A stretch of DNA of 64,000 nucleotides from Alphaproteobacteria bacterium (GTDB lineage Bacteria; Pseudomonadota; Alphaproteobacteria; Rickettsiales; JADKJE01), in contig JADKJE010000002.1 in the NCBI GenBank assembly GCA_016722515.1, positions 779,682 to 843,681 on the forward strand, read 5' to 3'. The notes under the pieces were generated by a model. It had not been told where the DNA came from, searched no databases, and saw nothing but the letters and a program-made list of their open reading frames with translations. The position numbers were made by a program, and so were the translations under genes. Shown in pieces: positions 9,001-20,023 of this stretch. Positions within the stretch are counted from its first letter, which is position 1; each line of letters begins with the position of its first letter.

Positions 9001-9906
9001 ATGCAAACACTGGGTCGCCTGTCTATTTTTTTGGAAGTTGCCAAATTACAGAGTTTTGCTAAAGCGGCACAAAATCTTGGCATTACCGGTCCTGCAGCTA
9101 GTAAGCAGGTGGTGGCGCTTGAGGATGAACTGGGAGTAAAGCTGCTTCACCGTACAACTCGGCTCGTTACGCTTACGGAAGAAGGGGCTGTCTATTATGA
9201 ACGGGCACGCCATGCGGTTGAGGAGTTGAAAGAAGCCGCTGAGCAATTACACGACATGAAAACCACGGCCAAAGGATTGCTTAAAGTGAACGTTCCTCTT
9301 TCGTTTGGGCAGGCGCATTTATTGCCGGTACTGGCTGGATTTGCTAAACAAAATCCTCACGTTACCATGGAAGTGATATTGGATGACAAAATGGTAGATG
9401 TGATAGCTGATGGATATGATGTTGTGATACGGATTGGTGTTTTGAACGATTCAACCTTGGTTTCCAAACATTTAGGCGATTGTGCTGTGTTACCGGTGGC
9501 ATCTCCTTCTTATATTGATGCACATGGAATACCGAAAACGCCGGCAGAGTTAAAACAACATCGCCTTATTACATACACACATCAAGGAGCCACTATGGAA
9601 TGGCGTTATCAGCATCACAATGGAGCAATCGGTACGGTTCGGGGTGATGGTGTTTTTCGATCCAATAATACCGAAATGATGTTGCAGGCTGCCCTGGATG
9701 GTTTAGGCATTGCGATCCTGCCGATATTTACGATATCAACCCATTTAAAAGCGCAGCAATTAGTGCATGTGTTGCCCGAATACGAAACATACCCAAAACG
9801 TCAAATCACGGCACTCATGCCGCCAAACCGCTATCGTTTAGCTAAGGTAAAATTATTACTGGATTGGATCGGGCAATCATGTAAGGCCATGCCGCTTAGC
9901 TTATAA
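9001..9906 (+). CDS. LysR-family transcriptional regulator
   Basis: N-terminal HTH (LSIFLEVAKLQSFAKAAQNLGITGPAASKQVVALEDELGVKLLHRTTR) plus substrate-binding domain; divergent from the pirin gene; alternative ATG at 8989. Confidence 0.9.
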   Translation: MQTLGRLSIFLEVAKLQSFAKAAQNLGITGPAASKQVVALEDELGVKLLHRTTRLVTLTEEGAVYYERARHAVEELKEAAEQLHDMKTTAKGLLKVNVPLSFGQAHLLPVLAGFAKQNPHVTMEVILDDKMVDVIADGYDVVIRIGVLNDSTLVSKHLGDCAVLPVASPSYIDAHGIPKTPAELKQHRLITYTHQGATMEWRYQHHNGAIGTVRGDGVFRSNNTEMMLQAALDGLGIAILPIFTISTHLKAQQLVHVLPEYETYPKRQITALMPPNRYRLAKVKLLLDWIGQSCKAMPLSL

Positions 9907-9907
9907 C

Positions 9908-10558
9908 TTACTTACTTTTGGTTTTTACATATAACTCTGGAAATGTTTTTTGCAACGTGATTAGTTTGGGCGCATCGTTGATCACAATATAGGGGTCATA
10001 CGGATGGAGTGTTGCATAGTTTTGATGGTAATCTTCGGCAGGATAAAAATGGTTCAGAGGTTCGATGGTGGTCACAATGGGATCTGGAAATAACGTGCTT
10101 TGCCTAAGGGATGCAATTTTAGCCGCAAATACTTTTTGTTGTGCAGGCGAGTTATAAAAGACAGCAGAACGATATTGTGTTCCATGATCTGGTCCTTGAT
10201 AATTAAGTTGCGTAGGATTATGCGCTACCATAAAGAAGACATCGAGTAATGTATCTAGGGAAATTTGATTAGGATCATAGGTCACTAATACCGATTCTGC
10301 ATGTCCAGTGTTGCCATCGCTGACGATATCATAATAGGCTGTGTTGGATTGTCCTCCTGCATAACCAGATGTTGCAGATAGAACACCTTTGGTATGTTGA
10401 AACACGGCTTGGATTCCCCAAAAACATCCCCCGGCAACGACGATAGATCCTGAGGAATGAAGGGTGTTTTGTTTTGCCTGCGCAAAGGCATGAGCACTTA
10501 ATCCAACGGTAAGTATGAGTGATATGAATGCAAAGACATATTTCATTGTTTGAATCAT
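9908..10558 (-). CDS. msrA: peptide-methionine (S)-S-oxide reductase MsrA with signal peptide
   Basis: GGCFWGIQAVF active-site motif, GYAGG, HQNY; N-terminal secretion signal ...SAHAFA. Confidence 0.9.
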   Translation of the reverse strand: MIQTMKYVFAFISLILTVGLSAHAFAQAKQNTLHSSGSIVVAGGCFWGIQAVFQHTKGVLSATSGYAGGQSNTAYYDIVSDGNTGHAESVLVTYDPNQISLDTLLDVFFMVAHNPTQLNYQGPDHGTQYRSAVFYNSPAQQKVFAAKIASLRQSTLFPDPIVTTIEPLNHFYPAEDYHQNYATLHPYDPYIVINDAPKLITLQKTFPELYVKTKSK

Positions 10559-10635
10559 GGCAATAATCCTTGTGCAAAGAATTGATAGGATACACCATTT
10601 CGGTCATAAAGTAAGATACTTTACCAATAGAAGAT

Positions 10636-11355
10636 CTATTGCACCAAATGTGTGGTTAGTTTTTCAATCATTAAGGCCAGGATGATGGCCAATCCTAAAT
10701 ACAGCACACTATATTCAATTCGCGTGGATAGTTTAACTGCATAATAAGCTTTATTCTCTGGTAAATGAGGATCATATTTCCAGGCTTTGATTAATTGAGG
10801 GGCAGAGAGAACCGCAATAATAATAAGGATAGGGCTTGGGAAATAAAACCAGACGGCAACAAGCAAAGGAACGCCCACAAACCAGACACGAGGCGATATT
10901 ACGGATGTAATACGCCCGCCATCCAGTGGATGAAGTGGAATGAGATTAAATAAATTGATGATGAATCCAGCTTGAGCTAAGGCGATTAGCAAATGATTGC
11001 CATTTGACATTCCTAAAAAATACACGGCAAAGGATGCAACCGTGCCAACGAATGGTCCCGCATAAGCAACATAGGCTTCTACCTCGGCATTCATGGGTTG
11101 TTCTTTTAGCTGAATCCACGCTCCTAAAAAAGGAATGAACGTCGGTAGCCCTACATTTAATTTTTTTTGTTTAGCGGCCAAATAATGTCCCATTTCATGA
11201 CAAAAGATTAAGGCGACAAATCCAGCCGCATATCTCCATCCATAAAGCATAGCATAGGTACCGATTGAGAGTATGATACTACTGGCAGATAGAAGAATTT
11301 TACCAAGTTTGGCATAACTAAAGATATTAATAAGCAAGAGAATCAATAATTTCAT
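10636..11355 (-). CDS. site-2 protease family (M50) membrane metalloprotease
   Basis: HEMGHY zinc motif in a polytopic membrane protein; LHPLDGG second motif. Confidence 0.8.
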   Translation of the reverse strand: MKLLILLLINIFSYAKLGKILLSASSIILSIGTYAMLYGWRYAAGFVALIFCHEMGHYLAAKQKKLNVGLPTFIPFLGAWIQLKEQPMNAEVEAYVAYAGPFVGTVASFAVYFLGMSNGNHLLIALAQAGFIINLFNLIPLHPLDGGRITSVISPRVWFVGVPLLVAVWFYFPSPILIIIAVLSAPQLIKAWKYDPHLPENKAYYAVKLSTRIEYSVLYLGLAIILALMIEKLTTHLVQ

Positions 11356-11361
11356 GATGGG

Positions 11362-12297
11362 TCAGAATCCTCGCAAGTGGAACTTCCAGCTAAACAATCC
11401 ATTAATTTTAGCAATAATGAGGATAAAACCAATCACAATTAATACCCCAAATTTTTCTATTAAAGAACGTCCCTCATCCAATAGCCCTGCATTTTTATTA
11501 ACCACACCGGTTACCAACGTGGCAATGCCATATTGAGCAACGCGATCGGTTTGTTCAGAAAAGTCTTCATAGCGTTTTCCGTCATTATAAACTAAGGAAT
11601 TCAGCAACTCAATCGCATGTGGTTTTATATGACCTATCGATGAGCTCGGTGCAACCAGGCCCATGACAAAATAGCCTTCTTTGCCTAAAATATACATATT
11701 ATAATTGACCATTTGTTCATCGTAAGGAGCAGCGGAGCGATTATTCATTTGTACTGACCATCTCAAGGTATGGGAAGACCCATTATAGATTGGTTTTTCT
11801 ATCCAGCCACTGACTTCCAGAGGGGGGATGCCATCTTTTGTGAATGTTGTATTATTGTTTTGGATTAAGTCCTGCAGTTTTTTTAGATCATCATCAGAAC
11901 CCCATTGCTTTGCAGCTTCATCACTAATGTGTCCCACGCGATGATATCCAATTAATATACTCCATGTTTCTTGGTGTTTGCTGGTTTTGTTTTTAGCTGG
12001 AAAGATAACACCTACCAAAGTAGGGCTTTTTATGTTTAACAGCGATGCTACTTCTTTTTTAGGGATAAAAATATAACCTACAGGCAATGTCAAGGTACCT
12101 TGATCCAGCAATGGAATATGAGCAGGACCAGTTATGGCAGCATGAGTAGCATTCGTCAGTGCTTTTAGATATTCGGGTTGCTGTGAAAAAAGGGGTGAGG
12201 GAATTAATGGCTGTGCGCGAACTGTTGAGGTGTAAAAAATGATAATAATAACAGTCAATATGCTGGTGATTAGTCCTTGTTTTATATGAAGATTCAT
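11362..12297 (-). CDS. membrane-anchored protein, possibly DUF2167-like
   Basis: N-terminal signal/TM, globular middle, C-terminal TM pair; 6 nt upstream of the M50 gene (likely co-transcribed); family call from memory. Confidence 0.5.
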   Translation of the reverse strand: MNLHIKQGLITSILTVIIIIFYTSTVRAQPLIPSPLFSQQPEYLKALTNATHAAITGPAHIPLLDQGTLTLPVGYIFIPKKEVASLLNIKSPTLVGVIFPAKNKTSKHQETWSILIGYHRVGHISDEAAKQWGSDDDLKKLQDLIQNNNTTFTKDGIPPLEVSGWIEKPIYNGSSHTLRWSVQMNNRSAAPYDEQMVNYNMYILGKEGYFVMGLVAPSSSIGHIKPHAIELLNSLVYNDGKRYEDFSEQTDRVAQYGIATLVTGVVNKNAGLLDEGRSLIEKFGVLIVIGFILIIAKINGLFSWKFHLRGF

Positions 12298-12748
12298 GCC
12301 GCCTCGGTTTGCTTTAAATGGGTTGTATTGTATTAAAATACTAATAAATGTCAAGCTTTATGAAAAATTTATGACTTGTAATTGAAATATACGATAAGAT
12401 GAGGTTGTTTCATATTCATCTATCAATAGCCTATGGCTAGCGAGAACGCCTTGATATCTATAGTATGTTGGTCGGTGTTATAGCAAAGTTGCAGCCTGTA
12501 GAAATAAGGATGATGGTATGTGGAAACCACGGCTATCCATGATTGACCGAAGCTATTGCCACGGTGGCAACATTTGGTTGCTGGGAAGTCGATTTGATAA
12601 GCCTTTGTAGGGATCTGAACCTAATTCTTGTCCCAAGGGAAAAACAAACCATTAAATAGATGATCAATAGTCATGGAAATACCTTTTAAACGATAAATAA
12701 ATCGATTAAACATAGAGAGCAGATGGTTTATTATAGGAAAATAATCTC

Positions 12749-14971
12749 ATGCCTGATTTCCCCGACGGTTCTCCCAAAAAATGTTGTGGTCATTCAAAAT
12801 CGGATGTTAATCATCATGCACCCTCAGTTACACACTCGGGTGATAGTTCTTCAGATGGTGACGTGATCTACACATGTCCAATGCACCTTCAGGTAAAACA
12901 AAAAGGGCCCGGTCATTGTCCCATGTGTGGGATGGCGTTGGAACCAGAAACATTTTCGCAAGACACGGTGGTTAATCACGAATTAGTTGATATGGCGCGT
13001 CGATTTTGGATATCGGCTTTAGTTGCAGCGCCGTTGGCATTTTTTGTCATGGGTGCACATTTTATACCTGGATTTCCTCATGGGTGGGTCGATTCAACGA
13101 TTTCACACTGGGTGCAGATGGTGGTTGCAACACCTGTGGTCGTGTGGGGAGGGTGGCCGTTTTTTGTACGCGCGGTCGCGTCCATCAAGCATCGTAGCTT
13201 CAATATGTTTACCCTGATTGCCCTGGGTATGGCAGTCTCTTATCTTTATAGTGTGATACTGACGCTTTTTCCACACATCATGGCCCAATTTGCAGGTGGG
13301 ATGAAGCTGGCTGTTTATTTTGAAGCTGCTGCTGTTATCACGGCATTAGTGCTTCTTGGCCAGGTGTTGGAACTGAAAGCCCGTGAACAAACTACGAATG
13401 CTATGCGTGCGTTGCTTGATTTAGCTCCCAAGGTGGCGCGGATGATTGACGATATGGGTAGGGAAAAAGATATACCTCTTGCGCAGGTACAAAAAGGGAA
13501 TCTTCTTCGCGTGCGCCCCGGTGAAAAGATACCTGTAGATGGTGTGGTGACTGAGGGTAGCAGCACTATAGATCAATCAATGCTTACAGGCGAATCAATG
13601 CCTGTAGAAAAAAACGTCGGTGATAAAGTAACCGGTGCAACATTGAATGGCACGGGTAGTTTTATCATGCGTGCAGAGCATGTGGGCAGTGAAACCATGT
13701 TGGCACGCATCGTTGAAATGGTAGCCAAAGCACAACGGACGCGAGCGCCGATTCAACGTTTGGCTGATAGTGTCTCTGGTTATTTTGTGCCCATTATTAT
13801 TGCCATTGCCCTGTTAACAGCTATCTCATGGTGGATATGGGGACCCGAACCTAAACTGGCTTATGCTATTGTCAATGCGGTTGCTGTGTTGATTATTGCG
13901 TGTCCTTGTGCGCTTGGGCTTGCAACGCCAATGTCGATTATTGCAGGAACTGGGCGTGGTGCGTTTGCTGGTGTGCTGATTAAAAATGCCGAATCTCTGG
14001 AGATTATGGAAAAAGTAGATACGCTTATCATCGATAAAACAGGCACTCTTACGGAAGGAAAACCAACATTAATGGATGTGATTGTGCTTAAGGGCTTTGA
14101 TAAAGACCTCATCTTGAAATGGATAGCAAGCCTTGAAAGAAACAGTGAACACCCACTTGCCTCAGCCATAGTCACTGCGGTTGAAGCACAGGGCATAACG
14201 CTTGTTTCCGTTGTGAATTTTTTATCAATGACAGGCAAGGGCGTACAGGGCATTATTGACGGCCATACCATTGCACTGGGTAATGCGGCGCTACTGTCTT
14301 CGCTCAACATTGATCTAAGCCCACTGACTGAGCAGGCCGATCAATTACGTCTCAAAGGCCAAACGACTATGTTTGTTGCAGTCGATGGTGTTCCAGCGGC
14401 TATGATTGGCGTTGCTGATCCCATAAAAGCAACTACCGCTGAAGCACTGCGTCAATTAAAAGCGCTTGGGTTGCATATTGTGATGCTCACAGGCGATAAT
14501 GTAATAACCGCCCAAGCGATAGCCAGCCAGCTTGCTATTGATGAGATTGAGGCAGATGTGTTGCCTGAGCGTAAGAGTGAAATTATACGCCAGCTCCAGG
14601 AAAAAGGCAGAAAAGTTGCCATGGCTGGTGATGGTGTGAATGATGCTCCGGCACTTGCACAAGCCCATGTGGGAATTGCCATGGGAACGGGTACGGATGT
14701 GGCCATCGAAAGTGCAGGCATCACCTTAGTTAAAGGCGATTTATTAGGCATTGTGCGTGCGCGTCGCCTAAGTCAGGCTACGATGCAAAATATCAGACAA
14801 AATCTCTTCTTTGCCTTTGTCTATAACGTGCTTGGAGTGCCGGTGGCAGCAGGTATTCTTTATCCATTCTTTGGATTGTTGTTGAGCCCGGTAATAGCAA
14901 GCGCTGCCATGACGTTTAGTTCGGTATCGGTCATTATCAACTCACTAAGGCTGCGTTCTGCCAAATTATGA
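12749..14971 (+). CDS. copA: copper-translocating P1B-type ATPase
   Basis: CPC in TM6 ([12 protein letters not shown]), [19 protein letters not shown]; N-terminal His/Cys-rich tail with CPMH...CPMCGM. Confidence 0.9.
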   Translation: MPDFPDGSPKKCCGHSKSDVNHHAPSVTHSGDSSSDGDVIYTCPMHLQVKQKGPGHCPMCGMALEPETFSQDTVVNHELVDMARRFWISALVAAPLAFFVMGAHFIPGFPHGWVDSTISHWVQMVVATPVVVWGGWPFFVRAVASIKHRSFNMFTLIALGMAVSYLYSVILTLFPHIMAQFAGGMKLAVYFEAAAVITALVLLGQVLELKAREQTTNAMRALLDLAPKVARMIDDMGREKDIPLAQVQKGNLLRVRPGEKIPVDGVVTEGSSTIDQSMLTGESMPVEKNVGDKVTGATLNGTGSFIMRAEHVGSETMLARIVEMVAKAQRTRAPIQRLADSVSGYFVPIIIAIALLTAISWWIWGPEPKLAYAIVNAVAVLIIACPCALGLATPMSIIAGTGRGAFAGVLIKNAESLEIMEKVDTLIIDKTGTLTEGKPTLMDVIVLKGFDKDLILKWIASLERNSEHPLASAIVTAVEAQGITLVSVVNFLSMTGKGVQGIIDGHTIALGNAALLSSLNIDLSPLTEQADQLRLKGQTTMFVAVDGVPAAMIGVADPIKATTAEALRQLKALGLHIVMLTGDNVITAQAIASQLAIDEIEADVLPERKSEIIRQLQEKGRKVAMAGDGVNDAPALAQAHVGIAMGTGTDVAIESAGITLVKGDLLGIVRARRLSQATMQNIRQNLFFAFVYNVLGVPVAAGILYPFFGLLLSPVIASAAMTFSSVSVIINSLRLRSAKL

Positions 14972-14983
14972 CGTTGTGGCGTA

Positions 14984-16738
14984 TTAAAATGCGTCACGCT
15001 GGCGACCCGTAGATGGATGGAGCATTTCGTGTTGATTGGTTTCGCTATAATTTCCACAGCAACCTTCAACGCACATAATCTCACTCCAGCAACTTTTAAG
15101 GTACGGCGTATTCGTTGCTGAGGCGTCAAATATGATGTTTGTATCCTTCACTGTTGCTCTAAATTCTTGACCTTTATGGTGCACAGTTATGGTTGCATCA
15201 ACGTCACTGACTTTTTCTATTCCTTCTGCTTTATAACCGCAACGTATGCGAATGGAGTAATCGTCATCGCCAGGATTTCCAGATACCTCAATAATCAGCG
15301 TACCAGAAAGCTCCTTTTCTGCAAATGCGACTCCTCTTTTTTGAAGGACATAAACCGTTGCATGGGTCTCATCAAAGTCGCTACCCCAGCAATGCTCATC
15401 GTTAAAGGCGCAACGTAACTCATATAAGGATGAAGGGGAGATTTTGATATTAGATGGAAGGCCCAGAATGGATGCAGATTTTTCACGGCTAAGTTTAATT
15501 TTTCCAGTGAAGGTTTCATCACGGTTGTTTTGAAGTGAAGGCGCGGGTGATTGAATAAGACGCGATTGTTTAGGCTGCGTGTATGCCCGATGATGGATGG
15601 CAGGCAAGCCATTTTTGATATAGCTATCAACTTCTGCCCTTGATGCACTTAAATAAGTCTGTTCTTGTTCATGATCTAGTATGCGTACGTCCGTACTAAG
15701 CTGAGGTGTTCCTTCGGGAAAACATGATTTAGTCACTAGTTGGGTGTTGCCGCCCTTGCCCAAATATAAGACTTCTCCGGGGCTGAGCGCATCGTTTTTA
15801 TGAATAGAGAATACGGCATATTCTTCATGACTGAGTGCTTGTGGGACAAGTAGTTGCAATTGTTTTGTTTGTGATAATTCCATTCCAATGGCGTGTCCAT
15901 GATCGGCTTGAAACCAACTATACCAATGTTGTCCTTTTGTGTGGGGCAGGCTGCCCAGTGCAGGTGGGAGCATTGCGTCTTGTTGTGTGAGCATGCTCAT
16001 TGCTCTGGCCATATCCATCGAGAATGTTTTAGGGCATTGGGTATGGCGAAGTTTTTCTATGATGGTTTTAAACGCGTCCTGGCTACCTGTGGGTATGCGG
16101 TATATAGCAACAAAATGGGGAGAAAATTGTGTTTCTATCCTCTGTAATGCTTCTTTATGAACACGAGTGCAAACCTCTTTTATATTATACTCAGGAAATG
16201 GGTTGGATGCTGTATTTGATGGTGTTGGTTCTGCTTCGAGATTGGTAGAGTGAGCCTTTGCCTCAGCAGGCTTTCTCGTTCTTTTTTCAGGAGCGGGCCT
16301 AATGCTTGTTGGGTCAACTCTTACCATCGGAAAGGGGCCGGTTCCATAAAATTGAGGTTGCCCTTTTTGGATAATGACAAGTTGTCTTTGTGTGTCATCG
16401 GGAATGATGCAATCGACGCCTGGACCAGGAAAAATATCCCAGGAGCCATTGGCATTTTTGCGATAGGTAACCTGTTGATCCGTATGATCAGGGTGACGAT
16501 AGATAAACGTATCGTCGGTGCTTGAGACCAATATAAATTCTATTGTATGGCTCTTTAGTTCATCAAAAAGCTGCTGTACACGTTCGGTTTTGACATTGAT
16601 TCTAGATGGCGTTGAAAGTTCGTCAATTAAGGTTGTTATCAGTTGGGTTGAAGCTACGTTATCCGTGATTGCCAGACTATTAGGAATGGCTATTGCGGGT
16701 GATTCTTCTTCATAGAGATTTTTTTTACGAGTTTTCAT
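14984..16738 (-). CDS. hypothetical protein (584 aa), no recognisable domain
   Basis: Long ORF; best start is ATG 16738 with AAGGA 6 nt upstream (the RBS overlaps the upstream gene's stop); Cys-rich C-terminus. Confidence 0.7.
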   Translation of the reverse strand: MKTRKKNLYEEESPAIAIPNSLAITDNVASTQLITTLIDELSTPSRINVKTERVQQLFDELKSHTIEFILVSSTDDTFIYRHPDHTDQQVTYRKNANGSWDIFPGPGVDCIIPDDTQRQLVIIQKGQPQFYGTGPFPMVRVDPTSIRPAPEKRTRKPAEAKAHSTNLEAEPTPSNTASNPFPEYNIKEVCTRVHKEALQRIETQFSPHFVAIYRIPTGSQDAFKTIIEKLRHTQCPKTFSMDMARAMSMLTQQDAMLPPALGSLPHTKGQHWYSWFQADHGHAIGMELSQTKQLQLLVPQALSHEEYAVFSIHKNDALSPGEVLYLGKGGNTQLVTKSCFPEGTPQLSTDVRILDHEQEQTYLSASRAEVDSYIKNGLPAIHHRAYTQPKQSRLIQSPAPSLQNNRDETFTGKIKLSREKSASILGLPSNIKISPSSLYELRCAFNDEHCWGSDFDETHATVYVLQKRGVAFAEKELSGTLIIEVSGNPGDDDYSIRIRCGYKAEGIEKVSDVDATITVHHKGQEFRATVKDTNIIFDASATNTPYLKSCWSEIMCVEGCCGNYSETNQHEMLHPSTGRQRDAF

Positions 16739-16746
16739 ATTCATCC

Positions 16747-18297
16747 TTAGTGGCATGTACAGACGATGCCTTCAGTATTGGCAACGGCTTGCTGTAAAAT
16801 GGCTTGCGCAAAGCCGGATGTATTGGATTGGTTGTTTTCTAATAATTGCTTTCGTGTCACTCCGCTGGTTGCCAATTGTTCGGCAAAACTGGCTGGTGTG
16901 TTTGAGTTGATTGGAATGGATGCTTTAGAATCTGCGAATACGGATTGTTGACGATCATTATGCTGTGCTACAGTGTGTCGTTCAGAAAATGATCTATTTT
17001 CTAAAGGTTGTATTATGTGAGATTGATGCGCAAGATTATGTGCGTTTTGTTGGGGACTCATGTCTATCAAGGGTAAAACTGATTGTGTAGCACTTAATCC
17101 GGGATTCACGGTTGCAGGCTGTTCCATGTGCGAATGAGTAGTGGCCTGAATGGATTGCCCCTGGTTATAGATGCCTTGTTCCGCCGCAATGAAATTTGCA
17201 ATAGACTGTGGCGTGTTATTGGCCTGGCTGGCTTGATGTTCTACACCGATGGCTTGAATGGATGGTTGAAACGAATTCGACGTGTCGTACAATTGGCTTG
17301 GCATGTTGCTTATGGCAGTCATTGATTGGATATAGGTCATTTGCTGGCTATCTATAGCAGCCAGTCTTGTTTGCAGCTGTGAGAATCTATCTGCATAGAA
17401 GGATGCTTGTTGCAAAGCCTGTTGTGATTGTTCTAGAGCCTGGCGCACTGAATCACTGACACCTTGATTTGCTAGCAATTGGTTTATGTGTTGTTGAGTG
17501 ACTTCCAGCATTTGCTTGACCAGATTACCATCGAGCAAAGGGTCGCGTGCAAGGTTTTCGCGCAAAGACTGTAGGCGTTCTATTGATTCCTGAAGTTGCT
17601 TGATGGCCTCCTGGTGTTCTTCTGGGTTTAATTGGCCTGGATCATTTTTGAGGGCTTCCAGGGCTGCCAGCAACGCATTTTCAGCCTGCAATAATTGATT
17701 GAGCATGGCAGCTTGTGCCTTATACAGGAGAAGATTTTGCTGCAGCCGTTGTTGTGCCAGCTCTTGCAGCATTTGCTGCTGTGTTGCTAAGCGCTGCTGG
17801 ATATTTTCAGCGATGATTCTGCCGTCCAAAAGACCATGCTGCGCACATTGCTGCATCATCTGTATGGCGGCAAAGATGGCCATGAATTCCTTCAAATGCG
17901 ATTCGCTACGTAGAAGCGATATTTTATCTTTCCACTCCACGAGAAAATCTTCATAATCATGAGTCATGGCGGCTAGTTCTTCGAGAGTCGTGACTTCGGT
18001 TAGACGTTTTAGTAAGTGTTCAACGGAATAGGCTTCAATGGCGGTTTCTAATGCGGCTTCTTCCTTTGTTTTTGAGCGTGGCTTCTGGCTCATAGTGGCT
18101 CGCTTTGCGCGAGTCTCTTGGTGATGTAATTTCACATTTTCACTGTTTTCCTGGGATGCGGTTACTTGCGAAATCACATGGGCCATCCCTGATTCAGCCA
18201 TCCGTTGTTCGTCAAGCATGATTCCATGCTGCTTACTATTGGTGCCCCACGCATCCTGTCGTTTAAATGCAAATTTTTTCACGAATGACACTACCAT
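16747..18297 (-). CDS. hypothetical Gln-rich coiled-coil protein (516 aa)
   Basis: Long ORF; central heptad-like Q/L/A-rich region (QQMLQELAQQRLQQNLLLYKAQAAMLNQLLQAENALLAALEAL). Confidence 0.7.
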   Translation of the reverse strand: MVVSFVKKFAFKRQDAWGTNSKQHGIMLDEQRMAESGMAHVISQVTASQENSENVKLHHQETRAKRATMSQKPRSKTKEEAALETAIEAYSVEHLLKRLTEVTTLEELAAMTHDYEDFLVEWKDKISLLRSESHLKEFMAIFAAIQMMQQCAQHGLLDGRIIAENIQQRLATQQQMLQELAQQRLQQNLLLYKAQAAMLNQLLQAENALLAALEALKNDPGQLNPEEHQEAIKQLQESIERLQSLRENLARDPLLDGNLVKQMLEVTQQHINQLLANQGVSDSVRQALEQSQQALQQASFYADRFSQLQTRLAAIDSQQMTYIQSMTAISNMPSQLYDTSNSFQPSIQAIGVEHQASQANNTPQSIANFIAAEQGIYNQGQSIQATTHSHMEQPATVNPGLSATQSVLPLIDMSPQQNAHNLAHQSHIIQPLENRSFSERHTVAQHNDRQQSVFADSKASIPINSNTPASFAEQLATSGVTRKQLLENNQSNTSGFAQAILQQAVANTEGIVCTCH

Positions 18298-18687
18298 GAT
18301 GATTCCCTGTCACATTGGTTGAAACAAAATTGTATCAATAAAAATTCATGTGGGAATGTGACAAAATGTCACTGTGGCAAACTGTCGCAGCTGGACATGC
18401 CCCTGGATAACCTGCCAGCTACGATGATGCAAGCACTGCAGCATCGCATGTCCATGATGAAGCAATTTGCATAAAATATCCGTCTTCAACGGGCATCAAT
18501 GAAAACAATGTTGCATTGGTTTTCCCATTACTAACAGATGATCCTTCGTACGCGTTTGCTTGTTACCTCAACAAACAATGAGGAGCTGCGCATGATAAAG
18601 AAACAAAAAATAGCAACTTCCCCACAAACCATCTGAGATAATGGTATAAATGTATAGAACGGAAGGGGGGGGATGCTGCATAAAAAG

Positions 18688-19254
18688 TTAAATTTTTATA
18701 ATTCCTAAATGCTTGCACAGGATCGTGGTACCAATGGCTATGAGGCACAATCCACCCAGTATCTCGGCAATTCGCCCTGCTTTAGTACCTATATAATGGC
18801 CGATCATAACGCCCAGTGTAGCCATCATAAATGTTGCTGTACCAATCATGGCTGCGGTAATCCAGATATTAGCATCCAGAAGAGCAAGTGATACGCCTAC
18901 AGCCATCGCATCAATGCTGGTCCCTATTGCCGTGAGTATCAAGATGTGTAATTGATGCGATTCCGCTCGTGGTTTATCTTCATGCTTTAGTCCTTCATAG
19001 ATCATTTTTCCACCAATGATGGCAAGGATAATGAAGGCTACCCAATGGTCGATTGATTCAATAAACCGGCTGGCAAGGATTCCGATAAGCCATCCAATAA
19101 TAGGTGTAAGCGTTTCAATGCTTCCGAAAATAAATCCTATCCGCAGCGCTTCGGTGAATTTAGGCTTACGAAGAATAACCCCCTTGCTAACTGCAGCAGC
19201 AAAGGCATCGGCAGACATACTGAACGCTAACATAGTATTTGAAATGAGAGACAT
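18688..19254 (-). CDS. mntP: manganese efflux pump MntP
   Basis: Aligns by eye to E. coli MntP (LAFSMSADAFAAAVSKG..., TSIDAMAVGVSLA..., AEILGGLCLIAIG); start moved to ATG 19254 (ORF opens at 19371, inside the riboswitch). Confidence 0.85.
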   Translation of the reverse strand: MSLISNTMLAFSMSADAFAAAVSKGVILRKPKFTEALRIGFIFGSIETLTPIIGWLIGILASRFIESIDHWVAFIILAIIGGKMIYEGLKHEDKPRAESHQLHILILTAIGTSIDAMAVGVSLALLDANIWITAAMIGTATFMMATLGVMIGHYIGTKAGRIAEILGGLCLIAIGTTILCKHLGIIKI

Positions 19255-19269
19255 ACATACTCCAGCTGG

Positions 19270-19420
19270 CATTACAGATAATACAAAACGCAAGGCTGCC
19301 AGTTTAAGCCTTGAGAAATGCATCAGTCTCGCCAAACGCTCAAAGCGCCGATTCAACCATGTGCATCGCACAAGTATGTTGGCTGAATCCCAAAAGGAGG
19401 CTACTCCCCAATTACGTTTA
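19270..19420 (-). promoter_or_regulatory. yybP-ykoY (Mn2+) riboswitch
   Basis: Minus-strand RNA carries UUGGGGAGUAGCC, CAACAUACUUG and UUUGGCGAGACUGAUG, the conserved cores of the yybP-ykoY motif, directly 5' of mntP. Confidence 0.75.
19278..19313 (-). terminator. riboswitch expression-platform terminator
   Basis: Minus-strand RNA CAAGGCU-N9-AGCCUUG followed by CGUUUUGUAUUAU, between the aptamer and the mntP start. Confidence 0.6.
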
Positions 19421-19516
19421 CAAAATAGCGTGTTATCTTTCAGGAAGCAAGTGCATTGAAGTTATGTTAATACAATATCGATTATTAATTCTATCAACCC
19501 AAAGTTGCGGCTTTGA

Positions 19517-19831
<315 letters not shown>

Positions 19832-20023
19832 TATGAACAACAGGAGGCCCTCTTGTTATCGTTTACGCAGTGAATCGTATCATTGAAAAGATGATTATGT
19901 TGATTAATATGAAGTAAATTGTATTGTTGTTCGGTTGCCTGTTGTTGTTATTTAATAATTGACTTATAAACAATAATACATAATAAATATATCCATTATA
20001 ATCTAGTGGAATAAAATGAGTTT

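Noticed and set aside
12355-12748. Long copA upstream region searched for a CueR/MerR-type operator or a small gene
   Set aside because: Only weak partial palindromes were found (e.g. TTGTCCCAAGGGAAAAACAA). There is no ORF with an RBS.
13006-14751. Several 60-150-aa ORFs in alternative frames and antisense within copA
   Set aside because: They lie entirely inside a long, motif-rich P-type ATPase gene. They have no RBS or recognisable motifs and are typical shadow ORFs.
18305-18380. TGTCACA/TGTGACA words upstream of the 516-aa gene (AATGTGACAAAATGTCACTG), CRP-like at first glance
   Set aside because: The half-site spacing and right half do not fit TGTGA-N6-TCACA. There is no second line of evidence.
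18665-18672. G8 homopolymer just downstream of the mntP stop
   Set aside because: It is outside any coding region or obvious promoter, and there is no second copy to show length variation.
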